In this document: one piece after another, positions 58,594 through 64,000 of the stretch | Layout: every line of letters begins with the position of its first letter | Position numbering within the stretch: the stretch's first letter is position 1 | Assembly (NCBI RefSeq): GCF_009914755.1 | Contig: NC_060926.1 | DNA: 64,000 bases | Source: the human T2T-CHM13v2.0 reference genome, Homo sapiens | Reading direction: 5' to 3' (one strand) | Translations under genes and position numbers: made by a program | The notes under the pieces: model-generated | Told to the model about the DNA's origin: nothing | The model's database searches: none | The model's input: the letters and a program-made list of their open reading frames with translations, nothing else

Positions 58594-59495
58594 TGCATTT
58601 GCTTCCTGTGGAGGCTGTCACAAATGGTTGCTCAAAAACGACACACATTCTCTTACCTTTCTGAATGTCAGAAATCTAAGAGCAAGGTGCTGGCAGGTGT
58701 GTGAGTCTGCTCGGGCTTCCATAACAAAACTCCAGAGGCACGGCAGCTTAAACCACAGAAATTAATTATTTCCGTTCTAGAAGCTGGAGTCCAAGATCCA
58801 GGTGTTGGCAGGGCCGGTTTCTCCCAAGGCCTCTCTCCTTGGCTTGTAGGCGGCCATCTTCTCCCTGTTTCTTCACCTGGTTTTCTCTCCATGCATGTCT
58901 GTATACTAAACTCCTCTTTTTATAAGGACACCAGTCTGTATTGGGTTAGGGCCTTCTCTAATGACCTCTTTTTTAACTTAATTACCTTTTTATTTATTTA
59001 CTTTTTACATTCAGAATTTTTTCTCGCATACCAGCCTTCTTGGATAACTTAATTACCTTTAAGGGCCCTCTCTTTAGATAGAGTCACATTCCAAGGTCTT
59101 GGGGTTAGAGCTTCAATGTATATATGTGGAGGAGGACACAATTTAGCCCATAACAACAGGGCTGCATTCCTTCCGAAGGGTTCAAGGGAGCACCCCCTTC
59201 CTTGCTTTCTGCAGCCTCTAGAAGCCACCTGCATTCTGTGGCTTGGGCCCCTTCCTCGAATGCCCCCAACCTCTGCTTCCATCCTCACATCTCCTGCTGA
59301 CAGATCTCTGGCCTTCCTGGCATAAGGACCTTTGTGATTACCTTTGCCCTACCTGGATAATCCATGATAATCTCATCTCAAGATCCTGGATTTACTCACA
59401 TCTGTAAAGTCCCTTTACCATGTAAAGTCATATATTCACTGATTCCAGAAATTAGGACAAGGACATCTTTAGGGGCCATTATTCAGCCTTCCACA
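58594..59495 (-). mobile_element. MLT1C/D-like LTR interrupted by an MLT1A/B-like LTR (58698-59155)
   Basis: Inner TG...CA with TSD GCAGG/ACAGG; the outer element resumes at gggctgcattcctt. Confidence 0.8.
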
Positions 59496-59605
59496 TATGG
59501 TTGTGACCTGTCATACCACACACATCTACCACGTAAGACCTCTAACAGAGCTAAATCATAAAAGGTGGCACTTTTCTTTAGCTGCATAGAAACACCTGAA
59601 AACTT

Positions 59606-59933
<328 letters not shown>

Positions 59934-61569
59934 TTAGTGACTAATCCAAAAGAACATGCAATACAAAATGGGAGACAGTGTGACAAAGGCAGACAACTTA
60001 AATCCATTTCTGCAAGAAAGTAAAACCAAAAAGCCCCCAGAGGAAGGTGGCTTCTCTCACATTTGATGGTCCTGTAGGGCTTTGCCAGTTCTGGGGTCAC
60101 TTGATGGGCAGCCAGGAAGGAGGAAGAACCACAGGACTACCATGTCCCTATTCCAGTCCCCATGCACAGACCTTATTAAAAGGAGCCCATTGTTGCTGTA
60201 GGTGAATGATGACGATCTCAATCCTATCATCATCAGATTTAAAACACCACTCTGACTCAGTCCCTCTCCAACAAAGCCATCACAGCCCACTGTATTATTT
60301 TTTTTTAAGAAATAAAAAGAAACAAGCTGTATTCCCTGGAGGCCAGTTGCAAAAGCAAAACTTAATTATACCAGATATGTAATTAAAATTATACTACTTA
60401 GAATTTTCAATTGTCTGCTTCCTGGATGACCCCTTACTAAATAATAATAACGATGATAATCTGAGCCCCCATCTGCCCCAGCTATGGGAAGTTCATCCCT
60501 CCCTCATGCCACGGAGGACCCCAGAACTGGGACTTGGGTGTCACCTCTCAGCTTCTGCCCCTCAGACAGCCTCACAGCACTCCACACCACCTCCGGCTGC
60601 TTTGTAGTCTCATCTTTGTCCTCCTCTCCAGGTTAGACCCCAGGCCCCAAAAGGCCCAATAAAGCTTTTCCTAACAGAAACACCATTTACCTGTCTCCCC
60701 TTTTAGCAAGAGAATGAGCTAGTGGGACATGGGATTTTTGGCATTTATTTTCAGCTTCCTCAGTTGAATTCTAAGGCAAGGCTTACCGTCAGCACAGTTC
60801 TCTCTCCCTCCTTTCCCCAGTGATCCCTAAACTCATGTGGGTCAGTGGAGGCTTTGTTCCCCCCTGTCTGGAACAAACCTTAGCGGCCACAGTTGTATCC
60901 CTGCCCCTATTCTGTGGTGGTTTACTAAATGCTAGTTTCTCCCATTAGCTGAGGCTTTTGGAGGGCAGGGTCTGTCCCCAACGACACTCAGCCCTTGACA
61001 GGTACTTATTATATAGTGCCTGATTTGGATTGAAGTAGATTTGAGAAGGCTCCACAGGGACATGGGGCCTGTATGTGTCCAGGCCTGCACTTGAGTGTCC
61101 TGGGCCTTGCTCCCCAGGAACACCAGATGAAGCCGGAGGGCAGATGCACACCTGGGAGTAATCTAGAACAACACAAAACAAGTGGAGCAAGGGCTGGCCA
61201 AGGGCTGTGTTGCACCCTTTCTCCCATGTCTACTCCCACGGGAGTTCAGCATCCCCTGGGCTGTTTCCCAATTCACACAACAAGGGCTTGCACCTGGAAC
61301 ATGGCTAAGGTCTTGCCTGGGGTAAGGACACTGTGTCTGGAGGAAGGGGCATGAGCACTGGACCCACTGGGCTTGGTGATGCCAGCTCACCCAGACTGCA
61401 GATCGTACCTCTGGAGGCCAATCTTCCACTGAAGCCCGGAGCCAGGAATGCCTACCCCAGTGGGGAATGAATGGACTGTGCCCCACCCACAGTGAGGGCA
61501 GGAGGGAAGAGTGGAGTGGACGGCTAAATGCAGTGGATGCCCCTCCAGGGCTTTCCTGGAAGCAAGGGA

Positions 61570-61958
61570 CACAATGTTTGTTTCTCCAAAATTCATATGT
61601 TGATGCCCTAACCCACAGTGTGCTGTATTTGGAGATGGGGCCTCTATGAAAGCAATTAAGGTTAAATGAGGCCCTAACCTGGGGCCCTGACCTGGCAGGA
61701 TTCGAATCCTTATAAGGAGACAACAGAGAGCTCTCATGCTTGCGTGCCCACTCTCTCTCTCTCTGCCCCAGCACACAGAGGCCGTGTGAGCACAGCCAGA
61801 TGGCGGCTGCTTACAAGCAAGAGGAGGCCTCAGAACGAACCCTACCTTGCCAGACCTTGATCTTGAACTACCCAGCCTCCAGACTGTGAGAAAATAAACA
61901 TCTGTTGTGTAAGCCACCCAGTCTGTGGTATTTTATGGCAGCCTACGCAGAATAAGAT
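61570..61958 (+). mobile_element. MLT1A-like LTR
   Basis: ccaaaattcatatgttga...tatttggagatggggcct...taagccacccagtctgtggtatttt. Confidence 0.88.
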
Positions 61959-62499
61959 GCTGGCAGAGGCCACTTTTCCTGCCTGGGAGACCCTTCCCTC
62001 ACCCCACAGGTTCCCAGGTCCCTGCACCAGCCCAGGCCAGAGTGCTGCCAGCCCTGGACCAGGCTGAAAATATAGATAGCCCAGGCCATCTCCCCTTCCA
62101 CATCCTAGCTGGAAGCCTCTGGGGTTGAACTTACAGGGGTGAGGGAGGAAGGGATGCGAGGACATTGTCTCCCCCTGCCCTTCCTTGGGCAACAACACTC
62201 CTCTGTGAGGCTCACAGTTGAACTTCCACCCCACTCCCACATACACACACAGTGGTTCTGTGACTGAAGCAGAGCCAGTCCCTCCCAGAGAACATGAAAG
62301 TTACAGTTAGGGGCACCAGCCCCCTTTATGTCCTGGATTGTGGAGATGTCTGAGCCCAGGCCCTAGCTCCCTGGAGGCACCTGGTAGGGCAAGGCCAGCC
62401 CACAGAGGCCAGGACTCAGGTGACAGGCCTGCAGGCAATACACTCATGGCACCATCTCCAGCTTCCCAGAGCTTACCTCAAGTTCTTTGTATCAGCTGC

Positions 62500-62568
62500 C
62501 TCAAGGTGTGCTGGCTGAGGGCAAATCTCAGAGTCAGACTGCCTGGCTTTAAATCCTAGCTCTGCCAT
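62500..62568 (+). mobile_element. MIR 5' fragment
   Basis: gagtcagactgcctggctttaaatcctagctctgcca. Confidence 0.75.
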
Positions 62569-63065
62569 TGTTGGAAATGGGAGTTCGGTGTGGCAAAATC
62601 AACACTGAGACAAAGGATCTCTCAGCAAGGCTAGTTTAGTTTCTGCAGAAAGGGTGCCGCTCGCTAGCAGTCTTGCCATGAGAGCACACCTGAACAAAGG
62701 AGATGGGGACATTTATAATCTTTGTAACCTGATGCAATCGTCCTATGGCTGTGTCCCATTTCCATTGGCCAGAATGGGACCTCACATTCTAAGCTTGACC
62801 TGATTGGCTAACAGCTTGAAACTTTTCTAAATAGGTAAAGAGGAAAGAGGACAAAGGAAAGAGGAAGCTAGTCATGAGAGGGTCAGGAGGGTTTCCAAAT
62901 AAGCTATGGCAGGCACTATGGTCCCGGGCTGCCTTAACCCTGTCCAGGCATGCCAGGTCAAGTCAGAGCAGCTGCACTGGAACATATATAGATATGCATA
63001 AAGCAAAGAAATGACAAGCTCTTTATGGTTTTAAGAAACTTTGAAGAACTTCTCTATTCCTCACA
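62569..63065 (-). mobile_element. ERVL-class solo LTR (subfamily uncertain)
   Basis: TG...CA ends with perfect 5-bp TSD GCCAT (62564-62568, 63066-63070). Confidence 0.8.
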
Positions 63066-63078
63066 GCCATGTTGGACA

Positions 63079-64000
<922 letters not shown>

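Noticed and set aside
60205-60230. ATGACGATCTCAATCC resembling the 5' part of a C/D snoRNA
   Set aside because: Similarity (from recall) is ~16 nt only and does not extend; no clear terminal stem.

Overview
This is primate (human-like) genomic DNA, not microbial. The window holds the distal part of the last intron of RAMP1 (1-11565, + strand) and its final coding exon (11566-11821, Arg64-Val148: CGRP/amylin receptor accessory protein, TM helix and QSKRT tail). The 3' UTR has an ATTAAA polyA signal at 12124-12129. The remaining ~52 kb is intergenic and mostly transposable elements: about 50 Alu/FLAM copies, old L1/L2/MIR fragments, MaLR and ERV solo LTRs (several with visible target-site duplications) and two DNA-transposon remnants, often nested. 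From memory this is 2q37.3 with UBE2F just beyond the right edge (not verifiable here). No new protein-coding system, CRISPR array or structural RNA gene is supported. The best leads are regulatory or structural: a perfect (GGAA)17 and a (GGAA)12 flanking an apparently orphan CpG island, a ~1 kb modular CA-rich repeat just upstream of the RAMP1 exon, a 37-bp CCAAT-bearing minisatellite, a long Z-DNA-type tract and a tiny TPRT-like insertion of unknown origin. Repeat subfamily names come from recall of consensus sequences, and boundaries are approximate unless TSDs are quoted.
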